Assembly (NCBI GenBank): GCA_030264375.1
Contig: JASCQW010000162.1
Location: 91,686,612-91,750,611 of the forward strand
Source of the DNA: Carcharhinus longimanus
Taxonomy: Eukaryota
Reading direction: 5' to 3'
Length of the DNA stretch: 64,000 bases
Position numbers and translations under genes: made by a program. The notes beneath the pieces are model-generated. The model saw only the letters and a program-made list of their open reading frames with translations, did not search any database and was not told where the DNA came from. The number at the start of each line of letters is the position of its first letter. Within the stretch, counting starts at the first letter, position 1. Positions 51,626-64,000 of this stretch are shown here, in pieces.

Positions 51626-54600
51626 TAAGACCCAACACATGCCAATGGTCCAGAATCAAACATAGAGAGATCACTTTTTCCACCACGTTACATATTCTTC
51701 CTGCAAGGTAGCACTACAATAAACTGGGAAAAACAAAGGCACTGAAGGTGAACCAAGAGATAACATTAGAACAATAGATAGATGTGACAACAATTATAGT
51801 AGATAAATGGTTAGACTTGGATCACCATATTCAACTGTTCCATTGATAATCTACTATTATGGATGGGTATGAAACTACAGTATTTGCAACCAGTGCTGTA
51901 TTGATATTCCAAATACCCATGAAGGCATATAATGTTTACTTTAAAACTTATTCATTGTTTAAGAATATGAATGACACTGGCAGAGGATAATCAAATTTTG
52001 TGATGTAACGATGAGATGAATGCCAATATCTCAGTTATTTTGTCAATCGATCTGTGCATATGACTTGAATGAATAATAATATTGAAAACTATGGCCTTAA
52101 GTAAAACCACGTGAAATGGTGTGTCGGGTCAGTCCAGAGTTCAGGAAATAATAGTTTTAAACTTGGTAGAGAAATTGGATCATCTAAGTTGCAAAGTTGC
52201 ATGGTTCCAAGTAGAATTTAATGAATTCATGGATACAGCTTCATGCAATATCAATGGACAAGCTGGAGAGAAATTTAATTGATGGCTCGAAGCAATATTG
52301 CTTGAAGTATCATTTAAGTTAAATTTTCATACCGAAAATGGATCTCAATGAAGTATCCTGGATTTCCAAGTTACACCACTATGAGTTGGAGTGCATTGTT
52401 CCCTTTGATTCATCCTAATCCTGAGATGGCAGTGTTATTTATGTTGTAAAAAAGGAGATGGCCTAGAACATGCACTGGCTGAAATGATGGTGCCAGTAAT
52501 GGAGAGCACAAATTCAGGTGTAAAATATTAACTTGAAAGTGATGATTTTAATGAAACACAAAATAATGGTATTTGAGAGTTGCTTTAAGGCACATGTATC
52601 TTTTTGGTCAGTCAAACTTCTCTCTTGCAACATCAAACAGCACTTGTAGGTGTAACATAATTTCTGGCCCTATTGCGATTAATATGTATTATGCATGGAT
52701 TTTCCTGTTAATTTATCAAAAAAACCTTTCCTATTTTAACCTACTACAGTGGAATGACACAAACATACAACTCTAATCCCTATGAAAAACCTTGTAGCAG
52801 TATAGTGAGACCCTGTAGAACAAGAAACATCGTGACTAGTCAGATTATCAACCTTCAAACTGTGTGTCATTGGCTGATTTACGGTCTGCAGCACCATTTG
52901 GGTTCTGATGGCATTTACAAATTACATAGGCATCACTCTTGCAGTTTATGAGGTGACTGAATTCCTTGATAAAGTAACAGCTTTGTAATTCACTGCAGCT
53001 ATCCCATTCTGAATGTAAAATACGCGGTAGAGCAGTCATGAGAAACACACTATATGATAGTGAACTTATTCACTCTTGAAAAACTTGGTCACTATTATAT
53101 CTCCTCTTACTTCACAAAGGGGAATGAAGAAGATAGATTCTAACCAATCAGTATAAGGAATCGTTGAATACTTTTGGAAATACTGTGTGTGAGATCTGAG
53201 GATTTCACAAGAATCTTGACAACTCTGTCATCATAGTCATTCAGTACAAAAGGATTCTTCCCACTTGAAATATTTCACTTTGTTGCATATAACATAATTC
53301 TGTTTTGAAAATAAACAAGTAATGTGAAGGATGAAAATGCTCAAAATAGAACATTTTATATTTGTTATTAACATTGCACACAACTTATTCAGTTGCAGCT
53401 CCCTGTCTAAATAATTCACCTTAATTCCAGTCATAGAAGGGTACTGCTAACTGATAAATCAATTTATCATATCAGTCATTCTCTGGACATCTCTGAGACT
53501 GTCAATTAATACTGAAATATGAGCATTTATGTGCTACAGATATTTGAATCAATGCCCTTTAAATGGCATATCCCAAGTACCCAGCAGTAGTTCTCAAACA
53601 GCTTAAATAGAAAGATTTCAATCAAGAACAAATATTCCGAAGAGGGTAAAAACATTTTTACAGCAAAGGCTATGACATTACAGCTTCATTCACCAACAAA
53701 ACATTTAAATGTAGAAGTTCAACAAGAAGTACTTTGATACAAAATACTATCTTGTCCCATATAATACACACTGAGCTGGATTGTACCACCACTGGCTACC
53801 ACAGCACTGTCGCTGTCAGTTACTCATGGATTTCTGCCTGAAGCAATAGGATAATCATTCTTTTTAATTCTGCCAACTTCCACCATCACCACTCCTCCTC
53901 CTCTTCACTTCCACCCCAAACATCTCCATCATGGCAGGGTTCGAGGTCAACAAGGCTTCCAGTCTGGCAGCCGGTTTACCGCTATATTCTCAGTCACCAG
54001 CTACAGAAAGAAACGATCTATAGGCCAGTCTTATCCATGTCATTGTCAGTTTTTCCAGCAGATACCTCTCCAAACATTCCTGTGTAGATCCTTGTCCTCG
54101 GCCTTTAATGTAATTCAAATCATATCTTGTCTTGTTAATAAACAAATGAAATCCCCTCATTATGACAGCTTGCATCATTCCCAGAGAATCAAAAAGGTCT
54201 ACAATAATGCTACGGTTGAGCTGACTTTGACATAATCCACCGTTTTCTCAGTCATTTTGTCACTGAATTACAAGTAGCATGCTATCAAGAAAATATCATT
54301 GTTTTTATTTGCGTTATTGCATTTTAATTGCACATTTGAGTTTTAAAAATGTTATCACAAAATTATCATATGAAGATGATTCTTTGTACACAGGTCTACA
54401 TCTTTAAATATGTTGTATATTACATAGCGTTGAAATAAGCAGAACGAAAGGTTCATTGTGTGTAGCTTTAACAAGACTTTTATGCAATGAAGGGAACCAG
54501 CCTTTTTAAAATTCATCTGACAAATTAAGCATCTTCATCTTTGAACACAGCACACAATATTAAAACAAAACCTCAATTCTGAATTACACAGAGGATATTT

Positions 54601-57600
54601 CAGCACATCAAAGCACAACCAGAAAACCAATTTGTGTGCTTTGTTTACTTTTTACTCCCCTTTGTCATTTTTTGCATTCTGATTTTGCAGAATATAATTC
54701 AGTTTGGCTCAGAAATGTTTGGCAAGTTCCTCTGGAGTAAGAAGTGTTGATATTTACATGACAACCAGCATTCTCTCGAGCATCAATTGGAAAATAGTTT
54801 TGCTAAGTAGTTTGACTTCACTGAGCAAAAATGAATGTTTTCCATCCATCAACTACCTTTCCTTAGCTCTCAGACTTGACAGAAGAGGCAAATACTCCTG
54901 GCTTTCCTTCAGTACTAAAACAATGCAGCAACAGCTTACAAAATATTCAAAAACAATCTCCACTTGTGTGTCTTTTATAGGTGTAATGATGCACTTTTAC
55001 AAGCTTCATCTGTGAATACAAAAAGTATTTATTAATAGAAAGAAACAGCAGCCTCATGCTTCCAACTTGTCTTTTGCCAAAGAGCACTCCACCCCTTGGG
55101 GTGATGCCCTACTCTGAGACCCAAGTGGTCACCCAAGCCATGTAACCCTTACTCTGCTGTGTTGTCCTTAAAGGAGCAATTATATAACTGCTTGCAGCAG
55201 TCAATAATGAGAGAACAGAGGCATCAAAACCATAGTTTTTCATGTTCTAAGCATTGTGGATATCACACAATAAGCTTAAACCACAGAAACTGAAAGTTAA
55301 TAAATCACTGGAATCAACAGTGCAAATGAAGTCATGTTATTTAATTTTCAAACGCCCTACCCCCGGCCCCCGTTATTTCCATAATAATCTACACTTTGCT
55401 GCTGAATTCAAGTATAGGGACTCTAGAAGGATCAACTAATATGCATTTTTGTGTGTTACTGAACAAGAAACACTGTAACAGTATGTGGCATGCTGCAAGG
55501 CAGTTTGAGTGCTACTTCTGCTAGATTGAAAAGCTGTGGTGAAGCAAAGGGAAGAAATTAGAAAGAAACTTGGAAGTGAGGCATCCAACTGGAAATCTCA
55601 AGATCATGTTTAAATGTCAAATGTTCATTGTAGCAATACCATGGTTGTTTTTCATTTGTTTGTTAACAGTATATTGCATTTTCTCTGAATTTTATTCAAT
55701 ATAATTGAGAGGATATGAGAATTTTATTTGAACTGTTTGTACATTCTAAACAATTCAGCTTATATTTTACTCCAACATCAGTTTTCCTTCTCGGAAATTA
55801 TTTCCATCTTTATTGGTTGGAAAGGTCTAGTGCAAAAAATCTCTTTACATGAAGCAGGAATCTACTGTGCAAAACTGATCCGAATACAACACTCCCACAC
55901 ATTGAAAACACAGCATGTGTGTTCAGGCAGATTAGGAGCTTTACTTTATATTCTATTTCTGGCCTAGAAGAATTTGTTGCTGACAATTAGTGCTTTAAGT
56001 TGTGCCACATTTTTTGGCACTAACCAACTTGGACAAACAGAGAAAGCAAAAAAAAATCTTCTAGAAATTGCATGAAATTTATCTCTCAATATAATGAGAA
56101 GACTTTGAAAACCTCTCGTAAATTAATGGGCTGTCATGTGGACTGTCATGTGCAGATAACCCCTGTAAATTATTTTTTGCAGCCGCTGATGAGTATTTAA
56201 CATGAAACAAATTTGAATTATGTTTTGCCGTGCAGCACTGCGATGACAGCATTTTGAAACACGCAGTATATTGTTGAAGCTTGTTAAACTAATGAAAACT
56301 CCATACTTTAAGACATTAAAAGCAGCTTATCATTCGAAGAACCTTTAGAGGGAAATGTTATTACATTGTAATGCATTCAGACATGGTGCAATTTGTTCAG
56401 CTCCCTTCAAGGTAGATGAATGCATTGGAAGACATTTTTACTTCAGAGTTTTCCATCTGTGTAGGTCGTTTAATTTTATATGAAAAGGATCATAAGTCCC
56501 TTTTTTTGTAAGACCACTGCTCTTGAAATACCATTTATATTATCTGCTATGATCAGTTATATTTGGTCCATTAACTATATCATCTCCTTTAACATTGTCA
56601 GTTTTCTTTATCCTTTCCAGTTAGGAGTTTTTTTTCCTTCTTTGATTAAGTCTGTTTTTTAAGCTTTGTTTTTTATCTCATTTTTATTGTCTACGGATTT
56701 AGTTTCCACCATAAAATGCAAACTATAGCCACCAATCCAATTTTTCATTTGTTCCACTATATAGCAGGCATTTTTTAAAAAGGAAAGTAAACTTTGCCAT
56801 AAATTTGATTACAATGACTTCTCCCACCAACCATAAACAGATTGCACACTGCTCCAGATTTATGATAAAGTCTATGCTAGGTCTCCTAAACCTATCCCTC
56901 ACAAGCTGAACCTGAACAACTGAGTCCAAGTGCTAAAGTGTTTCCTATAACACAGTTTTTGTTTGCTTCAAGCCTACTGTGTGCCTGGAGAGTAATCATA
57001 TCTCTGTAATGCTATGGACAGAAGGGTGTTTAATATAAACAGCCCTGATTTATTCTCTCACCACCCGTCCAAAAACAGAAAGGTGTTTTTGATTAGTTTC
57101 CCCCTTTGTAAGCAAGAGGAGTGTCACAACATTGCCTCCTTTTCACTTATGTAGTAAAAGAGGCAGATTGGGCAAAAAGATTTACAGGGCAAAGATCACA
57201 GAGAAAAAGTAGTTGTTGTTTCACATGAATCCAGATTCAAAGTTCAATGGTATATTCCTTAATAAGTTTGGCAGTCTGAACTGATGACTGTTCCAACAGA
57301 ATTGACCACCGCGATGAGATAGGCATGCAGAGGTGAATCAATCTTGTAGGCGATGGCACAGAAGTTCAAAAGTTCCAGGAAGAACATTGTAGATGGGTCT
57401 GGGCATTCAAAATTGAACAGAGCCCCATCTACAGTGCTGCTGCTTGGTGGATGGAAAAGTGGCAAACTGAGCTTTGCCTCTTCACAAGTTGATATTACAG
57501 ATTCCACCAGCTGGGTTGCGGGAGGTCATGTCACAAGACTCTCACCTCTCCACTTTAGCTTTGAGAAAGAGAAAATATCTGTCTAGGCTCCTGAGATTGC

Positions 57601-59399
57601 TGATTTTCCAACCATTCAGAATTTGAAAGGAAGATTGCAGGGCTCTTTGGCCTCAGAGACTGGTAGACTCCAGTTGACCAGGCTTGCTTTATTAAATGCA
57701 GATGACTTTTATATAATTCTCTTTGCATTTGGTTGTCTGCAGCCCACAGGCAACATTAATATACCTTCAGGGATAAAGAGATGCAAGTTTCTGTGATATT
57801 CCCAAATACCACCAGACTTAGCTTCAGCCATTGTTAAAGGTCATTGTCCAGTTTTAAAAATTTAGAATGTAGCCATGATACATACAGAGTGTGAGGTCTT
57901 AGCCTCATTACAGAATATTATTATGTGCAAAGGGAATCTTCACCCTCATATGACAACCCCCAAACCTTCATTCATGCAAACACAATGTGGATTAGCAGGA
58001 GTAATTTTTGAAAATGGTAATAGTTCCCTTAAACTGAGAGTACCTCAGCTCCAAGGCATGTGCTAAAGAATGCACATAACTTTTTCAAATTATCAGTNNN
58101 NNNNNNNNNNNNNNNNNNNNNNNNNNNNNNNNNNNNNNNNNNNNNNNNNNNNNNNNNNNNNNNNNNNNNNNNNNNNNNNNNNNNNNNNNNNNNNNNNGAT
58201 TGTCCCAATATGTCCATACATAAGACTCAATCAACCAGTGGATGATCTCCTTATTTTGTTTAAATCAGAAATGTTATAATTTGGGAAACATGGGAAGGGG
58301 GAGAAAAACCTTCATGGAGAGAGAAAGAATGAATCCATCCTCATCAGGAAAGGGGAGGAAAGAAACAAATCTTAATGTTGTAGCTGTTACTTTAGATCTT
58401 ATAGATCTTCCTGACACAATATTTTTCTTTTTGATTATTATTTTAATGCATCATTATTTCAATGTTTAACTGAAAGGTTCTCATCATTTGCATTGCTCCC
58501 TTCTATCTGGATTAGTTACACATACTATGAAATGATCATGGACAGAAGACATTGATTGCATTGAGGCTGAGGCATGTATCTTACTTGCTCTGATTATTTT
58601 AAATTAGAAAATCCTGCTTGAGGTATAAATTGCACAGCGAGGGAGATAAACAGCAGAGAAAGTAATAGAGAACCAATTGTCAGAAATGGAGAACTATCAT
58701 CAGAAAGAGAACGAGATAGCAAGCTGCCTCCATGTTTGCTTGTGCACATGGCTCTGTCCAACACCTGACATCAGCTTATCCCACAACATCTTTTAACTCA
58801 CCTCTTCCCTCTTCCACATTGGCTAGTAAAATCCCACCTACAATTACTTTGCATCTCAACAGTTCTGCAGAAACTCTTGGTCTTACTGTGAGAAACATTT
58901 ATATCATGATGAAGTAAAATGCCCTTGCTGACGGTGTTCTGGTTTCTTGATGCAATCCGTCTTACTGATCACTTGTCAAGGGAAGGGTGGGCCCAATTAA
59001 AGTCAGTCAAGCTGCTTTAAGGGTTAATTAGTGGGGGTAACTGGAGGTTCACAGGCCTTCTTGGGCTAGAAACACTGGGGCAGACCAGATGAAGGGAGAC
59101 AAAATGTGAAGCCAGTCATGGCCATAAAGAGAATTACCCCAGAGCTGGAAAATATTCAAAGGGAGACTGGGCCTTTGGGAAACAGGTGCCCTTGGTGTGT
59201 GTTGGGGATAGTGGGCACTCAGCGTTGGGCAATGCAGGAGGTTGTTGACCTACTGACTTCTTGGGGGTAGAATTGCAAGGGGAAAGCCAGCAAAAACCAA
59301 TGAGGAACTAGTTGAACACAAGGAAGGCAGTAGCTAGTGAAGTGTACATGACTCTCATTGCAGCGGTGAGGCATAACATCTATGGTATAAGGTGCAGTT

Positions 59400-60125
59400 C
59401 CAACATCAGGAGGATCAAAGCACAGGAAGGAATTTAAAGTCATACCCTTGAAATAGGATCTGCCACTGACGACACAGCTACCTGGGGGAGACTGCAATTC
59501 TCCAGGCACATGGTCACAGAGAACTGTGAGCTCATTGCTCAAGACCTCAAAACCCATAGTACTGCTTGCCATGTCCAGTCAGTAGCCTTCAGTCACTAAT
59601 GACCATGAACTTCTGGCTCCTTCCATGGATCAGCTGTGAAACATACCTGCAAATTATTGCCACTCACAGATCACTGGTGCCTTCTTTGCAAAGCTGGACA
59701 ACAGATCGATTTCATAACAGATGAGGCCTTACAGGAACAGAGGGCAGTGTGATTTGCTGCCATCACTGGATTTCGCCAGGTGCAGGTGATCATTAATTAC
59801 ACCCATGTGGCCATCAAGATACTGAGTGACCACCCGGTAAGATTCATCAACAGACAGGGTTTTGACTCCTTCATATCCAGCTGATCTATGACGACAAGAA
59901 CTTCCTCCATGTGTGGATCCCTATGCAAATAGCCTCCATGACTTTTTCATCAGTCCGGGCTGCTGCAGGTTTTCAGTCCAATCCCCAAAGAACTTGGATG
60001 GCTCCTCAGAGACATGGGATATCCCTTGAAGAAATGGCTACCCCTCTATGAGAGCCCCAGACAGAGGCACTGAAGTTGTTTGTTCACAGTTACATAGGCC
60101 ATCAGATTTCTCAAGATGTAATTCA
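59400..60125 (+). mobile_element. PIF/Harbinger transposase remnant
   Basis: FAAITGFRQVQVIINYTHVAIK...FINRQGFDS and GWLLRDMGYPLKKWL correspond to HARBI1-type GFP.V.GAIDCTH, NRKGFHS, GDxGYPL. Confidence 0.85.
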
Positions 60126-60351
60126 GTGTACATTCTGAGGGCTGAGTAAGTGCTCCAATCACACACATCCACTGTGTTCATATGGGGGTCTGAAGTGATC
60201 TATCTATTGAAGGGTGCAAGTACATTAACTTGTCCTGAGGATTGTGCATTGCAAACCCAATGCCAGGTCACATGAGGGCATTAACTCTTCGTCAACATTG
60301 AATCCTGGATTTTCTGATGATACTTCTGCCATAGGAAAGTGCTGCTACCTA

Positions 60352-60608
60352 ACAAACAAAGAACAATACAGCACAGGAACAGGCCCTTCGGTCTTCCAAG
60401 CCTGCACCAATCATGTGTTCCTAACTAGACCATCTGGTTTTATCCTTCTATTCCCAGTCTGTTCATGTGGCTATCTAGATAAGTCTTAAATGATCCTAGC
60501 GCGTCTGCCTCAACCACTTTGCTTGGTACTGCGTTCCAGGCCCCCACTACCCTCAGTATAAAATACATCCCCGCATATCTGTATTGAACCTTGCTCTCCC
60601 CTTACCTT
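60352..60608 (-). mobile_element. CR1 3' tail
   Basis: Same tail type as 39260-39404 (gaagggcctgttcctgtgctgtattgttctttg). Confidence 0.85.
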
Positions 60609-60850
60609 GGTTGGAGAGTCTAAAACCGGGTGACACTTAGAACCAAAGTGGAGAAATTTCTTTGCACTAGGGATTGTGAATCTTTGGAATTTTCTACTGC
60701 TGAGGGCAGTGGAAGCTCGGTCATTGAATATGTTCAAGGTAGAAATTGATAGATTTCTGATTTAAACACATAAGACATTAAAGTGTTCAAGCAGCATTGA
60801 ATGGTGAGCAGGCTTGACAGGCTGAATGGCCTACACCTGTTCTTATGTTC
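60609..60850 (+). mobile_element. CR1 3' tail
   Basis: RIVNLWN, SLNMFKVEIDRFL; ctgaatggcctac..ctgttcttatgttc. Confidence 0.8.
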
Positions 60851-60964
60851 CAACTTTGATTCCCTTGTGGGGGAAAGTGTTTGGGGCAGAGAAACAGTCC
60901 AGACTCTCTGTATACTGCTACACTTTGTGCTCATGTCTTTGTCAGTAATTGAAGCAAAATCCTT

Positions 60965-61116
60965 CAGATGCTTGAAATCTGAAATAAAAACAGGAAACTC
61001 TGCAGGTCTATGGAGACAGGAAAAGAGTTAACGTTTCGAGTCCAGTCTGACTACTTCGGAGCTAAGTTCCGATGCTGCCACAGATGCTGCCAGAACTACT
61101 CAAGTTTTCCAGCATC
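60965..61116 (-). mobile_element. Second Penelope-type short element with hammerhead remnant
   Basis: Minus strand: ccgaagt-agtc(agactg)gact-c-GAAA-cg-TTA-act with AACGTT palindrome; cagatgctgccaga...ttttccagca end. Confidence 0.55.
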
Positions 61117-61914
61117 ATCAATAATAATGCTTGTTAATTGACTTCTGTTTTTCAAGGATTCAAAGGTTTGCGACAAACATGCATAAGATAAGGTAACATT
61201 TATTTTTAGGAGGCAAGGCCTGGTAATAGCACTTGGCAGGAAAATATTTACCTTTGATTGTGTTCGAGTTTAATAGATCGTAAGTGGTTCCTTTTATACT
61301 GGCAAGAATTTATATGTGTAAAATCATTTTCCTCGCCAGTAAAAAGGTAATGGACAATGGGACAAGTCCTTGACAGGAATAAATGTGAAATTTCTCAATA
61401 GCGAATTTCTAAAAGGCATGTCTGGCAAAGGTATATTGAACAATAAGCTGTAATTATATGTGATCGTAGGTGAGGATCTTGAAAAGGTCCAACATGTTTT
61501 GGAGAGTAAGAAATGTTCAGCACAGCCCAAGCTGTGATGTTTATATTTGACTTATGCTAAACGCAGGAGCAGTTCCCTGGGATTTGCATTAAAGATTAAT
61601 ATTAATACATGAACGGGTCTTTTTTTCTGAAAAAGGAAGCACGGAGATCTTGACAATTTAGACTGCTATCTCTTTATCTGTCAATGATCTTTCCCCTGAC
61701 TTAGACACATCATTGATTCTGCTCCTGATTCCTTGCATTTTTTTTTTGGTGTGGCTTCAATTTGTAACAATAGTGACACCATTATACTAGAACACAGCAT
61801 CAGGTCAACTGCTAACTGTTACTGATGGCAGGCTGAAAATACTGTTGTTGAAGAACTGATTTTCACAATTTAGTCACAGTTACTGCAGAACATACAATGG
61901 TGTGTATTAAATAG

Positions 61915-61915
<1 letters not shown>

Positions 61916-61980
<65 letters not shown>
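61916..61980. repeat. (CA)n microsatellite, about 32 units
   Basis: Perfect CA tract. Confidence 0.99.
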
Positions 61981-61982
<2 letters not shown>

Positions 61983-62940
61983 CATTATAGACTGAAATAA
62001 AAGCTTATTATCAGTAAGCCTTTCATCTCCAAAAATTTACATTGCAGATTGTGAGCGCTGTCCACAATTGAACAAATTCATGGACTGGATAGTGGTCAGT
62101 TTAACTTTTAGACCCTAGAATATGAATGTTAATTTGAAATTTTTATTAAAACTGCATGAGTTAAAACTACTTCAATTTGAGATAAATGTTAATGCTCATG
62201 TACAGCTGGCACTAAGTATTAGTCACAGATTCAGTGAATTCTCCATATAAATTTATGAACCATCTCTGCTAAGAATCCTGAAGAAGTTATAAAATCATTG
62301 TCAGGTTATAAATATTTTAAGTATTACTTATACCATTGATCATTGAACAAAATTGAACTTGTTATTACCGTTTTTTGGGCACCACCAATGCCCTTTGGAT
62401 TCCCAAATTGTGTCCGCAGTATGTGCACATGTTTTTGATGTGAAGTGTGCTAGATGTTGTGTTGATAAACGGTTTAATTTATGTACACTTGTGTCCATTG
62501 GCAGAATGCAAAACAGGCAAGTCACAATGTCTATCAATTTGCAATTCTGCTTCAGTACCAGCGCTGCTATCTTAGAGCTTCACGTTACAGCTTATGCCCT
62601 TCGCTTAACTTTGCACAACTGAACATGCATTAAGCAGGTTGATGTCCATCCACCACCTGCCGCACCCCAACCACGCCACCAAAAAAACTCAGAATGCTAT
62701 TTAAAAGGATTACCAACTACTTGTCAGGGGTTGATTTTTCTGGCTGATTCTCCAATTACACTTTTTTTTCATGTTTCAAATGTCAGCTAGGAGTGACGTG
62801 GCAGATACTCAAGTACTTTTTTGCTGACTTCAAGGATTCTGCACAAATAGTTGCTCGCAGACCTGAGTACATCAGTAGACTTTCTTTTTGGAATTATGTA
62901 TGATTGGAAATGAAGGCCATGTTTTTTAAATTAGTTAGAA

Positions 62941-63282
62941 ACCGGAAGTCGTCACTAAGACGCTTACCGGTAGTTGTAGTTTTTTTTTCGGGTTTAAAAG
63001 CACCTACCTCCGTGTCTCGGCCTCATTGTTCCTGTNNNNNNNNNNNNNNNNNNNNNNNNNNNNNNNNNNNNNNNNNNNNNNNNNNNNNNNNNNNNNNNNN
63101 NNNNNNNNNNNNNNNNNNNNNNNNNNNNNNNNNNNTTTAAGAGATCTGTGGATAGGTTTATGGACGAAAAGGGATTGGTTTAGATTAGTGGGTCAGTGTT
63201 TTTTTTTAAAACTGGTCGGCGCAACATCGTGGGCCGAAGGGCCTGTTCTGCGCTGTAATGTTCTATGTTCTATGTTCTATGT
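62941..63282 (+). mobile_element. Young CR1: probable 5' end, gap, then 3' tail
   Basis: CpG-rich leader accggaagtcgtcac... before the gap; after it gggccgaagggcctgttctgcgctgta and (tgttcta)n tail. Confidence 0.65.
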
Positions 63283-63689
63283 TGGTCAGGATAAGTTGCT
63301 AGAAGAGAGAAAAAGAGATTACTAAAACGGAGTCTCAACAGGAGGCTGTTTCTGCCCAGAATGTTCAATCATCCTCCCAAAATTCAGTGACAGTGAATGT
63401 TTTGAACCATCTGCATGCATTTCACTAAGAAGCCTGTAAGTGAAATCTGCCATTTGCTGCAGCCATGAATGCATCCTCAGAGCAAGGGAAGGACTGCATT
63501 GGCAGTGGCTGTGATGATGGCAATTACTATCAACTTTTACGCATCTGACCTCTTCTAGGTTATTATGGAGATAATTGCAGTATTTCACAGTTTGTTAATG
63601 CGCTGTTACTAAAAGGTCACGGATGTTCTCCATTCAAAGAGAGATAATATTTAAGTCCCTCTTGTTAGAAAGAAGCAAAATAAGGTGAA

Positions 63690-63940
63690 CATGAGGGTTT
63701 GCAAGGTTCTACAGCGTGCACGTTTCTTTGCAAGTGCCGTACTTAAACTGTGACTGATACCGCAACTGGGAGGAATTCCACTCCCTCAATCTGCATGACC
63801 GTAGACATTGCACCATGCAGGTCAATGGCCACATCTTCGCTGCGGTCATGATGCCTCAATTCCAAGGCAGTCTGCTTTGCAAACTGTATTTCTGTCACCC
63901 CGACGTTCCAAAGGGTGGTGATTGGGCGAAGAGAGCTAAC
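63690..63940 (+). mobile_element. Second PIF/Harbinger transposase remnant
   Basis: YRNWEEFHSLNL (NRKGFHSLN-like), GHDASIPRQS, GW*LGEESY (GWLLGDxGY-like). Confidence 0.75.
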
Positions 63941-64000
63941 TAATGATGACATGGTCCGTGATTATCATTCACAAGTCATGGACACATGCACAGCATGCAT

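Noticed and set aside
54661-54700. Strong acceptor-like ttttgcag
   Set aside because: In the phase needed after the contactin exon it reads R-I-stop
61824-61859. DGRLKI motif as the next contactin exon
   Set aside because: Stop follows within a few codons; no YxC motif and no good acceptor
63743-63952. 69-aa minus-strand ORF
   Set aside because: Antisense shadow of a Harbinger transposase remnant
1-64000. CRISPR arrays, operons or prokaryotic defence systems
   Set aside because: No regularly spaced repeats or gene-dense regions; the sequence is vertebrate intron

Overview
Eukaryotic, AT-rich, repeat-dense genomic DNA from a cartilaginous fish, almost certainly a shark (HE1/V-SINEs, a SacSINE1-like DeuSINE, CR1 LINEs, Penelope-like elements). 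It has 8 assembly gaps. The only host coding sequence I can support is one 151-bp internal exon (+ strand, 16556-16706) encoding the start of Ig domain 5 of a contactin (CNTN3/4/6 group), so the rest is probably intron of a very large contactin gene. That intron holds decayed transposons: a Gypsy LTR element (gag-pol, PBS), solo LTRs, many CR1 pieces, L2, L1/Tx1, Penelope, hAT/Charlie, two PIF/Harbinger remnants, MITE-like elements and SINEs, often nested. The most interesting signal is a set of Penelope-derived short palindromic elements carrying degenerate minimal hammerhead ribozyme motifs with covarying stem II, one 224 nt downstream of the contactin exon in the sense orientation. A convergent pair of CTCF-like motifs also lies near the exon. 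I found no convincing new protein-coding system. Family assignments come from recalled motifs, not database searches, and repeat boundaries are approximate.
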